NCBI GenBank assembly: GCA_042569365.1
Contig: JBHPHK010000002.1
Coordinates: 10,494 to 74,493 of the forward strand
Direction of reading: 5' to 3'
DNA length: 64,000 bases
DNA from: Patescibacteria group bacterium
GTDB lineage: Bacteria > Patescibacteriota > JAUYIX01 > JBHPHK01
Shown here: positions 36,907 through 47,700 of the stretch, in pieces
How the letters are laid out: every line of letters begins with the position of its first letter
Numbering within the stretch: the stretch's first letter is position 1
The notes under the pieces: generated by a model
The model's input: the letters and a program-made list of their open reading frames with translations, nothing else
Databases searched by the model: none
Told to the model about the DNA's origin: nothing
Position numbers and translations under genes: made by a program

Positions 36907-37815
36907 ATAGTTACTGGAGGAGCAGGCTTCATAGGTAGTCACATTGTCGATGCCTTGATCAAAAAAGGTCATAAGGTTGTGGTGCTGGATGATCTTAGTA
37001 CGGGCAAGAAAGAGTATGTAAATAAGAAGGCAAAATTTTACAAAATCAGCGTTACAGGAAATATCAATAAACTTTTCTTGAAAGAGAAGCCAAATCTTGT
37101 AATTCATGCGGCTGGTCAAGTGATGCTCAGGAAATCAATTGAAGATCCGGCAGATGATGCAAAACGAAATATCATCGGAACAATCAACGTGCTGGAAGGA
37201 TGCCGAGTAAGCGGAGTCAAGAAGATTATTTATCTTTCAACCGGAGGAGCGCGCGTAGGAGAGCCGGAATATCTTCCTGTCGATGAGCTACATCCACTTA
37301 ATCCTTGTTCGCCATACGGAATCTCCAAACACACAGCCGAGCACTACATTCATATGTACAGTTTGGTCTATGGTTTGAAGTATCTTATTTTTGGCTTCGG
37401 AAATGTCTATGGCCCGCGGGATGACTGGCGCACTAATCGCGTGACGACACTATTTGCATATTTGATGTTGCAAGGAAAGACTCCAACTATTTACGGAGAC
37501 GGAGATCAGACACGAGACTTTATTTATGTTCAGGATCTGGTGGACTTTGTTGTGCGTAGTATAAATAAGAATCCAAAACATAAACTTTTTCATATAGCCA
37601 ACGGAAAACAGGTGAGCGTAAATCAAATATATTCAGAGCTACAGAAGCTAACTAACTTTACAGGTCTCCCTCAGCATAAGAAGGCGATCAAGGGCGAGGT
37701 ACGCGATATCAAGCTTGATACACGTCTTGCGCGCCGTGAGCTTGGCTGGAAGCCGAAATATACTTTGAAGCAGGGCTTGGCCGAGACAGTTGAATGGTTT
37801 AAGAGTCAGACTTAA
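36907..37815 (+). CDS. NAD-dependent sugar-nucleotide epimerase/dehydratase (GalE-like SDR)
   Basis: MKIIVTGGAGFIGSH Rossmann motif with the catalytic YxxxK (SPYGISK). Start re-set to the ATG at 36907, because the track ORF's N-terminal extension overlaps the convergent gene. Confidence 0.8.
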   Translation: MVTGGAGFIGSHIVDALIKKGHKVVVLDDLSTGKKEYVNKKAKFYKISVTGNINKLFLKEKPNLVIHAAGQVMLRKSIEDPADDAKRNIIGTINVLEGCRVSGVKKIIYLSTGGARVGEPEYLPVDELHPLNPCSPYGISKHTAEHYIHMYSLVYGLKYLIFGFGNVYGPRDDWRTNRVTTLFAYLMLQGKTPTIYGDGDQTRDFIYVQDLVDFVVRSINKNPKHKLFHIANGKQVSVNQIYSELQKLTNFTGLPQHKKAIKGEVRDIKLDTRLARRELGWKPKYTLKQGLAETVEWFKSQT

Positions 37816-37827
37816 TCATTTTTTAGC

Positions 37828-38469
37828 ATGGCGAATATTCAGTATTTTGCTAAATCTTTTGAGGATGACTTTGTACTCAAGACTTTGAAGGGCAAGAAGA
37901 AGATTAACTTCCAGTCCGTTGAGAATATTTTAAAAACTAAAACAATTAAACTAAATACTAAAAGCTTTGGACGAGAAAGGCGGCTGGCCTGTTCCTTTTT
38001 ACATAAAAATTATCTGAAAACGTATCGTTCTCAAGGATTGATATTTACAACCAAACAAAAGCCAGACCATATTTATCCGTTTGACCTTGTGCTTTTATCC
38101 AATGCAGATAAAATAATTGTCCAGTATTACCGCATCAAGAAAAATCTGCATATCTATTACAATCATGAGCTGATCCCGGGGTTTGATAAGTTTGTTTTTA
38201 AAAACATCGATGCGCTGTTGAAGAAATTTCCTTCTTTAGATAAAGTGTGGAAAGAAGTAAACAAATTCAGGACAACGAAGGGGTACAAGGAACTGCCGAA
38301 GCAAAAATATAAACTCATCGAGTATAATGAGGTTATTTTTCATAAATCTGTGAAGATCGAGCCGGTGGCCATTTTCGGGTATCGAAAGATTGCGCGGGAG
38401 GTTGCCAAGAAGCATGTTCTTCCGCATTTTACTTCAGCGAAGATTTTTTATCAGTCTTTAAGTAAATAA
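37828..38469 (+). CDS. Lys-rich hypothetical protein encoded in an AT-rich segment
   Basis: 213 aa, no recognisable domain. Sits between the epimerase and tRNA-Ser. Confidence 0.35.
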   Translation: MANIQYFAKSFEDDFVLKTLKGKKKINFQSVENILKTKTIKLNTKSFGRERRLACSFLHKNYLKTYRSQGLIFTTKQKPDHIYPFDLVLLSNADKIIVQYYRIKKNLHIYYNHELIPGFDKFVFKNIDALLKKFPSLDKVWKEVNKFRTTKGYKELPKQKYKLIEYNEVIFHKSVKIEPVAIFGYRKIAREVAKKHVLPHFTSAKIFYQSLSK

Positions 38470-38491
38470 GAAAAATGCCCAGTGGGCATTA

Positions 38492-38581
38492 TGGCGGAGG
38501 GGGTGGGATTCGAACCCACGAGACCCTTGCGGGCCTACTGGTTTTCAAGACCAGCGCCTTCGACCGCTCGGCCACCCCTCC
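38492..38581 (-). tRNA. tRNA-Ser, anticodon UGA
   Basis: 90 nt: GGAGGGG-TG-GCC-GAGCGGTCGAA-GGC-G-CTGGT-CTTGAAA-ACCAG-(18-nt variable arm)-GTGGG-TTCGAAT-CCCAC-CCCCTCC-G-CCA. Confidence 0.8.
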
Positions 38582-38620
38582 ATGTTGAAATATCCATCTG
38601 AGTGTACATTATTTTAGCTT

Positions 38621-39319
38621 CTAAGTCAATCTGCCGCGCGCAAGAGACAGGCCGTAGATATTTTTGGCGCCGTTATTATGAAGTAGATTAGCGGCATAAG
38701 AAAGTGTAGCACCGCTAGTTAAGACATCATCGACTAGCAGGATATTTTTGTTGGTTACCTTTCGGGCAACAGAAAGAGCCCCCTTTAGGTTGGTAAGGCG
38801 TTCAGATTTTTTAAGATTCTGCTGAGGTTTGGTATTGCGTGTGCGCAGCAGAATATCTTCAGCAAGATCTGCACAAAGGAGGTGCGCTAAAGGTTTAGCA
38901 ATAAGACTTGCCTGATTATAGCCGCGCTCTCGCAATCTTTGAGGAGAGAGCGGAATCGGAATGACCGTATCGACAAAGATTTTCTGTTCATGCAAGAGCT
39001 GGGCAAGATCATTAGAAAACAAAGAAGCAAGCTCGACCACGCCTTCATGTTTGAGCGCGTTGCAGAGTTTCCGGACAAAAGGATGGCTGTAGTCTAGCAG
39101 CGAATAAGCAGAATCCAGTCTAGTTTGTTTGCGGCAATGCGGGCAAGTTTGACCTCCAGTGTTTTTGAGGCAAGTAGGACAACGCTGAATATTTAGGCGC
39201 GGCAGTGCTTTCAGGCAAGCCTGACAAAGGCTCCGGCCTTCAATGCCACAGGCCAAACATTCCTTTGGAAAAATAAAATCCAAACAATAATGTTCCAAGA
39301 TTGTTTTCATGCTCACCAT
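38621..39319 (-). CDS. comFC: ComFC-type competence protein (double zinc ribbon plus phosphoribosyltransferase domain)
   Basis: Four CxxC pairs near the N-terminus (CLACG...CQAC...CPTC...CPHC) and the PRTase motif ILLVDDVLTSGATL. Confidence 0.75.
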   Translation of the reverse strand: MVSMKTILEHYCLDFIFPKECLACGIEGRSLCQACLKALPRLNIQRCPTCLKNTGGQTCPHCRKQTRLDSAYSLLDYSHPFVRKLCNALKHEGVVELASLFSNDLAQLLHEQKIFVDTVIPIPLSPQRLRERGYNQASLIAKPLAHLLCADLAEDILLRTRNTKPQQNLKKSERLTNLKGALSVARKVTNKNILLVDDVLTSGATLSYAANLLHNNGAKNIYGLSLARGRLT

Positions 39320-39426
39320 ACAGTAATAATATGAAAACGCGCATTAAATAAATATAAAAAAGTCCTTAAAATATTTTAATCTCTATTCCACCTGTAAGAT
39401 CCGGTAAAATATACTAAGATAACTAT

Positions 39427-39903
39427 ATGGATGACACACATGCAGCAGAAAATTCTTTTGAAAAAGCTTGGAAATATGCCGAGCGCTTTTTGACGCAGCA
39501 ACCGCGGACCAGCGGGCAGGTGCGGCGCAAGCTTAGTCAGCGTAGTTATAACGAAGAGATAATCGAGCAGGTGGTCGCAGAGCTAAAAGACTCTGGCTTC
39601 CTGGACGACCGCAAATATGCGGAGGATTACATTAATAACTCTGTATTCTATAGGCCGATGGGCCGGATCATGCTCAAACAAAAATTGGCCCAGCGCTTGC
39701 TTCATCCGGATGTCATTGAAAGTACAATGCAGGAATTTTTTACGGAAGATCAGGAACGCAAAGCTTTGCTCACAGCGTTTGAAAAGAAAGACGCGTTACT
39801 CAAAAACGAAAAAGACCCAAAAAAGAAAAAAGAAAAACTCGGCCGCTATCTGGCGAGCCGAGGGTTTCCTGCGGGTCTAATTTTAGAAATAATCAATAAT
39901 TAG
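39427..39903 (+). CDS. recX: RecX-family regulatory protein
   Basis: RecX-like helical repeats (SGQVRRKLSQRSYNEEIIEQVVAELKDSGFLDDRKYAEDYI). No recA is adjacent in the window. Confidence 0.65.
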   Translation: MDDTHAAENSFEKAWKYAERFLTQQPRTSGQVRRKLSQRSYNEEIIEQVVAELKDSGFLDDRKYAEDYINNSVFYRPMGRIMLKQKLAQRLLHPDVIESTMQEFFTEDQERKALLTAFEKKDALLKNEKDPKKKKEKLGRYLASRGFPAGLILEIINN

Positions 39904-40811
39904 TTTCCCATCTCTCGGAGGCGCTTGATGCGCTCTTCAATCGGTGGATGAGTACTAAACAGGCGGAAAGTCTTCTCGCCTTTTTTACCTTTGGCGCCGG
40001 CTAGGTACAAGTGCATCGTGGCACTGTTTGTGCGGCGCATCGGCTCGGGGTATGCGGAGATTTTCTCGAGAGCACCAGCGAGCCCTTCAGGATAACGTGT
40101 CAACAGAGCGCCTGAGGCATCAGCCATGTATTCTCGCTTTCGAGAAACTGCAAACTTTATCAGCTGCGCAATGAGAGGTGCGAGGATCGCTAGTACTAAA
40201 CCAATAATAACCAAAATTGCTCCGGCATTGCCATGATTACTGTTACTACTACGACGACCTAAAAAATTGGCGCGTAGTATAAAATGTGACATATACGCGA
40301 TCAGTCCGACCAGGACTACCACGATCGTGCCAAACAAAATATCATAGTTTCCGACGTGGGAAAGTTCATGGGCGATCACGCCTTCGAGCTCGGCTTTCTC
40401 AAGTTTTTCAATCAAACCAGTCGTTAAAGCAATGCTGCCATGCTCCGGGTTGCGGCCAGTAGCAAAGGCATTAGGAGACGGATCATCGATAATGTAAACT
40501 TTTGGCTTAGGCAGACCCGCTGTGATCGACAGATTCTCGACCATGTTATGAATTTTCTTAGCCTGCAGACTATCTTCCTCAGCCAACGGTTTGGCGCCAT
40601 TTAAAGCTAGTGCAATCTTGTCACTCGAAAAATAACTAACTAGAGCACTTGGTACAACAAACAACACTGCCAAGGTTGGAGCTACGATCTGCCACTCAGG
40701 ATAAATCCAGCCAAACAATGCGCCGATCGCAATGATCAAGACAACGAAAAAGCCAATCAAAAAGAAAGACTTCCATTTATTTTTACCAATATGGGTATAG
40801 GTCGTTGCCAT
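39900..40811 (-). CDS. htpX: HtpX-type M48 zinc metalloprotease
   Basis: HELSHVGNYD zinc motif, four TM segments, and a C-terminal FSTHPPIEERIKRL. Its stop codon overlaps that of recX. Confidence 0.85.
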   Translation of the reverse strand: MATTYTHIGKNKWKSFFLIGFFVVLIIAIGALFGWIYPEWQIVAPTLAVLFVVPSALVSYFSSDKIALALNGAKPLAEEDSLQAKKIHNMVENLSITAGLPKPKVYIIDDPSPNAFATGRNPEHGSIALTTGLIEKLEKAELEGVIAHELSHVGNYDILFGTIVVVLVGLIAYMSHFILRANFLGRRSSNSNHGNAGAILVIIGLVLAILAPLIAQLIKFAVSRKREYMADASGALLTRYPEGLAGALEKISAYPEPMRRTNSATMHLYLAGAKGKKGEKTFRLFSTHPPIEERIKRLREMGN

Positions 40812-40878
40812 AAAAAGAAATATCTAAACAGGCCGGGAGCAATCCATAAGGACTACCGAACCGGCCTGTAATTAGAAA

Positions 40879-41439
40879 TTAAAACTGAACTTTCGGTGCT
40901 TCTTTCTCAGCTTCATCATCAAGTTCGAAGAAATCAGATTTCTTGAAGCGGAACATACCAGCCACAATGTTGGAAGGGAAGACCTCCTGTTTTGTGTTGA
41001 AGTCCCGAACGTTGCCGTTGTAGAAGCGGCGGGATGCTGAAATCTTGTTTTCCGTGTCAGACAATTCTTCCTGAAGTTCCAAGAAGTTTGTGTTTGCCTT
41101 AAGTTCCGGGTAATTTTCCGCAACCGCGAACAAAGACTTCAAGGTATTGGTCAGCATATTTTCTGCTTTACCAGCTTTCTCCGGACTGACCTCTTGCGCC
41201 TTGATCGCGTTAGCGCGCGCTTCAGTTACTTCACGGAAAACTTTGTCCTCATGCTTTGCGTAACCTTTGACTGTTTCAATCAGGTTAGGAATCAAATCAT
41301 GGCGGCGTTTGAGCTGCACATCAATGTCAGACCAAGCCTCCTTAACTCGATTTCTCAAGGTTACCAGGCCATTATAGACAGCAATCAGCCAAATGACGAT
41401 AATCGCGACTACAATAACTATAATCCAAAGAATAATCAT
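40879..41439 (-). CDS. lemA: LemA-family membrane protein
   Basis: N-terminal TM, then VYNGLVTLRNRVKEAWSDIDVQLKRRHDLIPNL. Lies upstream of htpX on the same strand, a conserved pairing. Confidence 0.8.
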   Translation of the reverse strand: MIILWIIVIVVAIIVIWLIAVYNGLVTLRNRVKEAWSDIDVQLKRRHDLIPNLIETVKGYAKHEDKVFREVTEARANAIKAQEVSPEKAGKAENMLTNTLKSLFAVAENYPELKANTNFLELQEELSDTENKISASRRFYNGNVRDFNTKQEVFPSNIVAGMFRFKKSDFFELDDEAEKEAPKVQF

Positions 41440-41704
41440 ATTGTTTAGTTAATTAGGGATAATCTAATTCTAGGCAAAAACGAGGAAAATTACCAGTTTT
41501 GGCGCCATTTTATACACAATATCACCTTGAAATTAGGGCCTATTTATCATATAATTAAATCACATAAAGCTCGTAATTTGAGACATTAATGGGCAATAAA
41601 GCAGTATATTTACTGCATGGCTTTCAAAAGAGGCAATAGCACTCTAAAAAAGGTCAATTTTTGTATGTTCTTGCCTTATATTTGGCTAAGTAGAGCTATA
41701 TTCA

Positions 41705-42994
41705 ATGAATAATACTACCAAAAAATGGCTACAATGGGTTAAGGATCCCCTTACTATACTAGGAATAATACTTGTCGGAGCAATACTTGCTGGGGCTGTT
41801 ATTTTATTTCAGCAAAAAGGGCCTGCAAGTGCCCAATTCGGCATCGGGATAGAGATTGAGGATCCTAAATTTGGTGCAGAGCCGGATCCGGACCCTGAAG
41901 TTGAAGACGCTCCAGCGACAGTTCACGGCCGAATCTACTTTGATAATGTGCCATACGGCATTTATAGCGTCTCTGGAGATACTCCAGATGAACCTATTAA
42001 TGGGGTAGAAGTACAATTATTAGACGCAGGCAGCAATGTTTTAGTAACAGATACGACAGAAAATGGTGGGACCTTCGAATTTACAACAGCAACACTATCA
42101 GAGGCGACAGTATTCCAGATAGATATTCTCACAGAGCTAGAGGACTCTGGATATTACAAAAGCGCGGGACCAGATGTGCCGATGCAAATAATACTGAATC
42201 CAGGACAAGATTTAAATAGTGAAAGTCTTGTCTACTTCGGGTACACGCTCGTGCCACCCGGATTTTTCCAGACTCGTCGGGGAGACGTGCACAGCAATGG
42301 TTTGGATGAAAATGGATTGTTCGATCCAGATAGTTATGGTATCGCCAATCATTATCCTGGTCTGAATTGTATTCAGTCAATCGACACGGATGGAGACGGC
42401 AACCCGGACATGATCAACATTGATTCGGCTGACGAAGCTTGTTCAGCAGAATTTCTTGTGACCACCCAAAATAATATTTTCAACTTTTTCACGCGCAGCG
42501 AGACAGAAAGAGTAGGGGAGGATTGGCTCTGGGGAGATGACATTCGAGCAGGTAATCCATTTGAAGACTCTTACTATGATCTTGGTACTCCATTTGTTGA
42601 TATGAGCTTGGCGCTGGGCGCTCCAACTAAAAGTGATATCGATAACATCAAGAAAAGTGTTGCCGAAAATTGCCTTATTAATGTGGATTCACTAGGAGAG
42701 ATCAATTTCAATGACACGCCGTATGCTGACTGCGATTTCATATATCGCAACGGAGATCTTGAACTCACCGGTACCCCAACAAAAATAACTGGTCGTGGCA
42801 CATTGATCGTGTCAGAAAACCTTACGGTCGGTGGTAATATCGAATATGACCGTCAAAACTATTTCACAATCGAAAGCATGGACTCATTTGGACTGATCAT
42901 CGAGGGTAATCTGATCATCAAGCCTAATGTTGACCGCATCGTGGGAGCATTCTTTGTTGGCTCTGAAATATTTACAAACAATAACGCAGAATAA
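41705..42994 (+). CDS. Secreted/membrane-anchored hypothetical protein
   Basis: N-terminal TM ILGIILVGAILAGAVILF. Asp-rich DTDGDGNPD segment. Probable beta-solenoid-like C-terminal part. Confidence 0.45.
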   Translation: MNNTTKKWLQWVKDPLTILGIILVGAILAGAVILFQQKGPASAQFGIGIEIEDPKFGAEPDPDPEVEDAPATVHGRIYFDNVPYGIYSVSGDTPDEPINGVEVQLLDAGSNVLVTDTTENGGTFEFTTATLSEATVFQIDILTELEDSGYYKSAGPDVPMQIILNPGQDLNSESLVYFGYTLVPPGFFQTRRGDVHSNGLDENGLFDPDSYGIANHYPGLNCIQSIDTDGDGNPDMINIDSADEACSAEFLVTTQNNIFNFFTRSETERVGEDWLWGDDIRAGNPFEDSYYDLGTPFVDMSLALGAPTKSDIDNIKKSVAENCLINVDSLGEINFNDTPYADCDFIYRNGDLELTGTPTKITGRGTLIVSENLTVGGNIEYDRQNYFTIESMDSFGLIIEGNLIIKPNVDRIVGAFFVGSEIFTNNNAE

Positions 42995-44733
42995 TGAGCA
43001 AGCTAGCTGATAAATTCAAAGAAAACAAAACAAGCCTGATGAAGATCGGCATGTTGTCTGTGCTAGTCATCCTTTTGGGCGTGATTTTGATCCAAGTTGA
43101 GATCCCTCAGACTGCGGTGTCTCAACAAGGCGATCTAGAAGACGAGAATCAACCAATAGACAGGCTGCGAGCCTTTCAAGACGGAGTTGCATCTAATGCC
43201 TGCGAAACGCCAGCAATTTTCATAACAGACCCAACTAGGTATGACGATGAAGATGTTGATTATGTAGGACAGACCTATGCTTACAGTGTTGATCTCTCGG
43301 AAGAGCTGGCTTCTACTGCCAATGGAACACCGCCTATTAACTTTGGAGGAGATTCTATTACGTACGGAGAGGGGAGTGTTTATATATCCAATCGCGCCAA
43401 TTCAGATGTGAATAGTCAGATTTTCCGTTTGGCGCCGCACTTCAAAACTGAAACCGACGACGGGTACTTCCAATCTTTAAATAGTTATACGGGAGGTGGC
43501 TCTGCGGAGCGCATTAATTATATTCACTTTGGGTACGGATCTTTATACGCTCAACAATTTACCACAGAAGTTATTAAAAAGTTTTTACCTGACCTCAGCA
43601 GCTCGATATCAGTGAGTAATGATAACGGCAGCTTAGCAATAGAAAGCGGTGATAATTTTATTTATTCGATATCTGATGACAGAAATAGCATTTTTCAATT
43701 TACAACCGGTGTTGATAATACGTTTGAGAAAATTAAAGACGTATGGGGCAGCGGAAACAATATTACCGCCGCGGGCAACGGAAATATTTATAGTATAGAT
43801 AAGCCGGATACGGAAAGTTATGCTGATATTCTTGATTTTCACAAGCTAGAACTTACTGACGATAATGATTTGAGTACTTTATTGCCAACCATTACGGGGG
43901 TAATTAATAGTAAAGAAATTTCTCTGGAAGATATTGTATATTATAAAGGATTTCTTTATGGAACTATCTATGGTAATCCATTAGCAAATCAACCGGAACC
44001 GGATATAGATGAAGACGACATTGAAGAGAATATTCATACTTATAAAATTGATCCGGAAACTTTTGAAATTTTGGCGACCGCTGATGTTGGAGGAGAGTCC
44101 ATAATTGGTTTTAATGGATCGATCTATGTTTCTTCGGGTTTTTATCCAGATAAGAGTCTTGGGTCTGATTATCATCCTGACTTACACCCTCAGGTGACCT
44201 ATCGACTTGATGCTGACGATCTTAATGAGAGCGATCCTGAGAATATAGATAAATTATCTGGCATCGGAGGATTTTTAGCCGCGCCTAATTGTTCTAGTCA
44301 TATTGAGGGACATGTTTTCTTTGACCAAAACTCCAATGGACAATACGATAATGGAGAAACCAAACTTCCAAACCCTCCGATTGAGTCTGTCACAATTGCG
44401 CTTCTTGATGAGGAGGGAAATAGTATCGGGGAGGAAGATATTGTTATTACAAATAATGAAGGCTTCTTTGCCTTCTATGACATTGAAGTCGTAGGTGGGA
44501 CACGGGCACTGCAATTGCTTATAAGAAATCATGATGAGATTCTTGGTGCTGGATTTCAGGCATCCACCAGTGAAGATTTACCTTACAGCGCAAGTTCGCC
44601 ATATTTCTTTGACCTGCCAGCGGAAAGTTCCATACCTGTTTATTTTGGATATGCTTTGGGTAGTGGCGCGGCTACAAACACTCTCACCGTCGAAGGCGAA
44701 TTTATCGCGCCGAAAGTTAATTTTGATCGTTAG
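42994..44733 (+). CDS. Surface protein with a C-terminal SdrD-B/Cna-B-like domain
   Basis: N-terminal TM. GHVFFDQNSNGQYDNGETKLPNPPIESVTIALLDEEGNSIGEEDIVITNNEGFFAFYDI. Its ATG overlaps the previous stop. Confidence 0.5.
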   Translation: MSKLADKFKENKTSLMKIGMLSVLVILLGVILIQVEIPQTAVSQQGDLEDENQPIDRLRAFQDGVASNACETPAIFITDPTRYDDEDVDYVGQTYAYSVDLSEELASTANGTPPINFGGDSITYGEGSVYISNRANSDVNSQIFRLAPHFKTETDDGYFQSLNSYTGGGSAERINYIHFGYGSLYAQQFTTEVIKKFLPDLSSSISVSNDNGSLAIESGDNFIYSISDDRNSIFQFTTGVDNTFEKIKDVWGSGNNITAAGNGNIYSIDKPDTESYADILDFHKLELTDDNDLSTLLPTITGVINSKEISLEDIVYYKGFLYGTIYGNPLANQPEPDIDEDDIEENIHTYKIDPETFEILATADVGGESIIGFNGSIYVSSGFYPDKSLGSDYHPDLHPQVTYRLDADDLNESDPENIDKLSGIGGFLAAPNCSSHIEGHVFFDQNSNGQYDNGETKLPNPPIESVTIALLDEEGNSIGEEDIVITNNEGFFAFYDIEVVGGTRALQLLIRNHDEILGAGFQASTSEDLPYSASSPYFFDLPAESSIPVYFGYALGSGAATNTLTVEGEFIAPKVNFDR

Positions 44734-44744
44734 TAGGTTTTACT

Positions 44745-47700
44745 ATGACACAGACACGCTTCAAAAAACTCCAGTCACTTTCTCACAAACCTGTCTTCAA
44801 GGTCGGCTTGTTTGTTTTGGTAATCGCGGTGGCGAGCGGAATCGCGTTTACGCAGTATTTTGACACGACGACAGCTGCTACTAGTACGGATCCAGAACAA
44901 GGCATCTGGACGGACTCATTTACAGATGATGACGGTTTAGAGAGCACTAGTGATGCCGATGAAGGCTTGGTGCAAATTCAAAACCTCAAAATCAACAGCG
45001 CTCTTGATAGAGTTGAACTTTTTAGTGCTGGCTCTCAAGGCTCAGCGATCGCCAAAATTCCGCCTATCGCTGTACAAAATTGGGAAGACTTTTCAGTTTC
45101 TGGCGGAGGAGACTTAGTAAGGTTTTACGTATTATATGAAAATGCATCAGGTGACTGGGTGAGAGTTAATAAATCATTATTGCCGGATGATACTGTAAAA
45201 TTTGGCAATAACGACACAGGATATAAATTCACAGGTGGCAATCTGAATGTAGATATAAGTGCGCTTTCTGTTGTGGATTATCCCGCCCTTCGCATGCAGG
45301 TTGTTTTCCCAGCAGGAAGTAGCACTGATTATTTAGATGAGTGGACATTAAATTGGTTGCCCAAACCAGGAGCAACGATTGATGTTCTCATGCCGGCGAC
45401 TACTTATGGTGACTCTATGATGAGAATTAAAATACAGATATACAATTCCGGTCCAACGCTTGAAAATACAATCTTGAAAGTAAATAATTTGCCAATAGCA
45501 TCATGTCCCGATGCGTCGGGAGTAAGTATTAGCGCTTCTAATGATCTTGTTGCTCTGTGTCAAAGTCCGTTGCGTGACGCCGATTACGATGGTGTAGAAC
45601 CGCATCTATATAGGGGTCCAAATGACTTTGGAAATTCTAAAGGGGATTTTCAAGATCTAAATATTGCCCGTACGCCACTTCCTCCCCTTGATGGAACGGA
45701 TTATCCACGCATGTATAATAGCTACGGTCAAGCTATGGATTTCTTCAAGAATCGCTACGACGCAACTTATCTTTCGTCAACAAATGACGGGATATTTAAC
45801 GGCAAGACTACATACGATCCGAGAGATGATGAAATCATTTGGAATCTTGGTGATATTTCCGGAGGTACAACGGAAGTTATTTATTCTATCTATGTGTCCA
45901 AAGGTTTTGTGGATGCTGGTCTCTTAACGCAGCTAGAAAATGATGTTGAACTATGGGCTACTGTGGGTGGGTCATCCCAATTGATTTCTACTAATTCTGA
46001 AGATGTATCCTCTAAAGTTCAAAGTTTCGGAAATAGAATACTTATAGCGCCCGCTTCTCAAAATATGGAAGGCAACGTTGGTGAAAAAGCTTGGTTAACA
46101 TTTGGAATATACAATTCCCAGTCCGGTACTGGATCAGAGAGCGCACCATATTTACAGCCAGGTTATTCCGATCTGTATGGTGTTACATTTAAGGTAACTT
46201 TACCAGATGAATTAGTGTATGTTCCCGACGATAGTTTAAACTCTAGTTTTAGTTATAAAGTCATTGATAAGTATACAGGTATAGAACTAGGTGATCCGGA
46301 TTATTATAACGGCTGGATGCATTATCACCCTCCTGAAACTTTCGCTCCCTGTTCATTTGGGATAGGAACTGGCTCATACCCGTGTTCCTATTCTAGTTCA
46401 AATGCTAAATTTATAGCCGTAGGTAGCGATGTACGAGCACATTCTTTCGAAAGAGCCGATGGGCCAGAATTTGTACAGAATGGACAAGAGCTTTCTTGGT
46501 ATATACCGCGTTTCGCACCGGGCTTATTCCAATTCAGTATTAAAGTTGAATTAACAGCGCCTTTAGCAGAGGGTACTAAATTATACTGTGGCGCTGATAC
46601 AGCGCAACTTGATGTTGTATATCCAGACATTGGTAATATTGATGATCTTGGTATATATGAACAATTTGATGAAGCCTGTACAATCACGCAAGCACCTTTA
46701 ATTAATAAGCCAGTTCTTTCTTATAACGGGGGGATAGCAACGATCGTTGAGGATGATGGCCGCATTCACTCTAACCATACGTCTGTTAAAATCTATAATA
46801 GAAATGATGAGTTTGTCGGCCCATTCAAACAAACAAAATTATTTATGCGTTTGTCTAGAAATAATTTTCAAACTACAGGACTAGTTTCAGATTATATAAA
46901 TAATCCACACCCTCAATTAACATCTGATGTCTTATCAAATCCAGTACTGGCACATACGCGCATAAATATTACAGATCAAATCAATGAAAGACTTCACGAT
47001 TGGACTTGTCCATACGGAGCGGGTAATTGCGGCGCTATAAATGAATCTGATCATCCTAATGGTGATTGGGAAAGTGGCGCATTATACAGTCAGAGATACT
47101 ATCCAGGTTCTGGATTTTATCATTATCTTGGTTATTATCACGATTGGGCTTCAGATAATATTGACTGGCCGGATGATTACAAAAGTATGCTAGAAGCCGA
47201 TGGATCTAATTGGGACATGCTGGAAGAAAGTCCTTTCTTGGTGGATGGGAGTGAAGATTTTACGGTTTATGTCAGTGATTCCACTTGTGAGCCTGGAGAT
47301 TTAGATGCCGATTGTCCGGGAATAAATACTATTGATCCAGCAGTGCGTAATATTTACAAAACTCCATATCCGGTATTTTCGCAAAATGGTGAGTATTTTG
47401 ATGTCGATTCAGGTACGCCAGTTGATGACTCATGGTGTAAGTGGGATATCATAAAGAACAATACAACTTCTACAAACACTCCCTGTGGTTATAGACCACA
47501 AGATATTGCCTGGATTGTTTATATTGATGACGCAGAGCTCCCTATCTCGGGGGATCGTACATATAGAGCTAGTATTGAAATAGATGATGGTACTTCTGAG
47601 AATTCAGAAGTAGGCAAGACAATTGGCAGGTTGATGCGTGTTGAAGCAACTAGTGTAAAAGGGATCGAAGAGACTAGATGGTGGGGTGCTATGGATTTCA

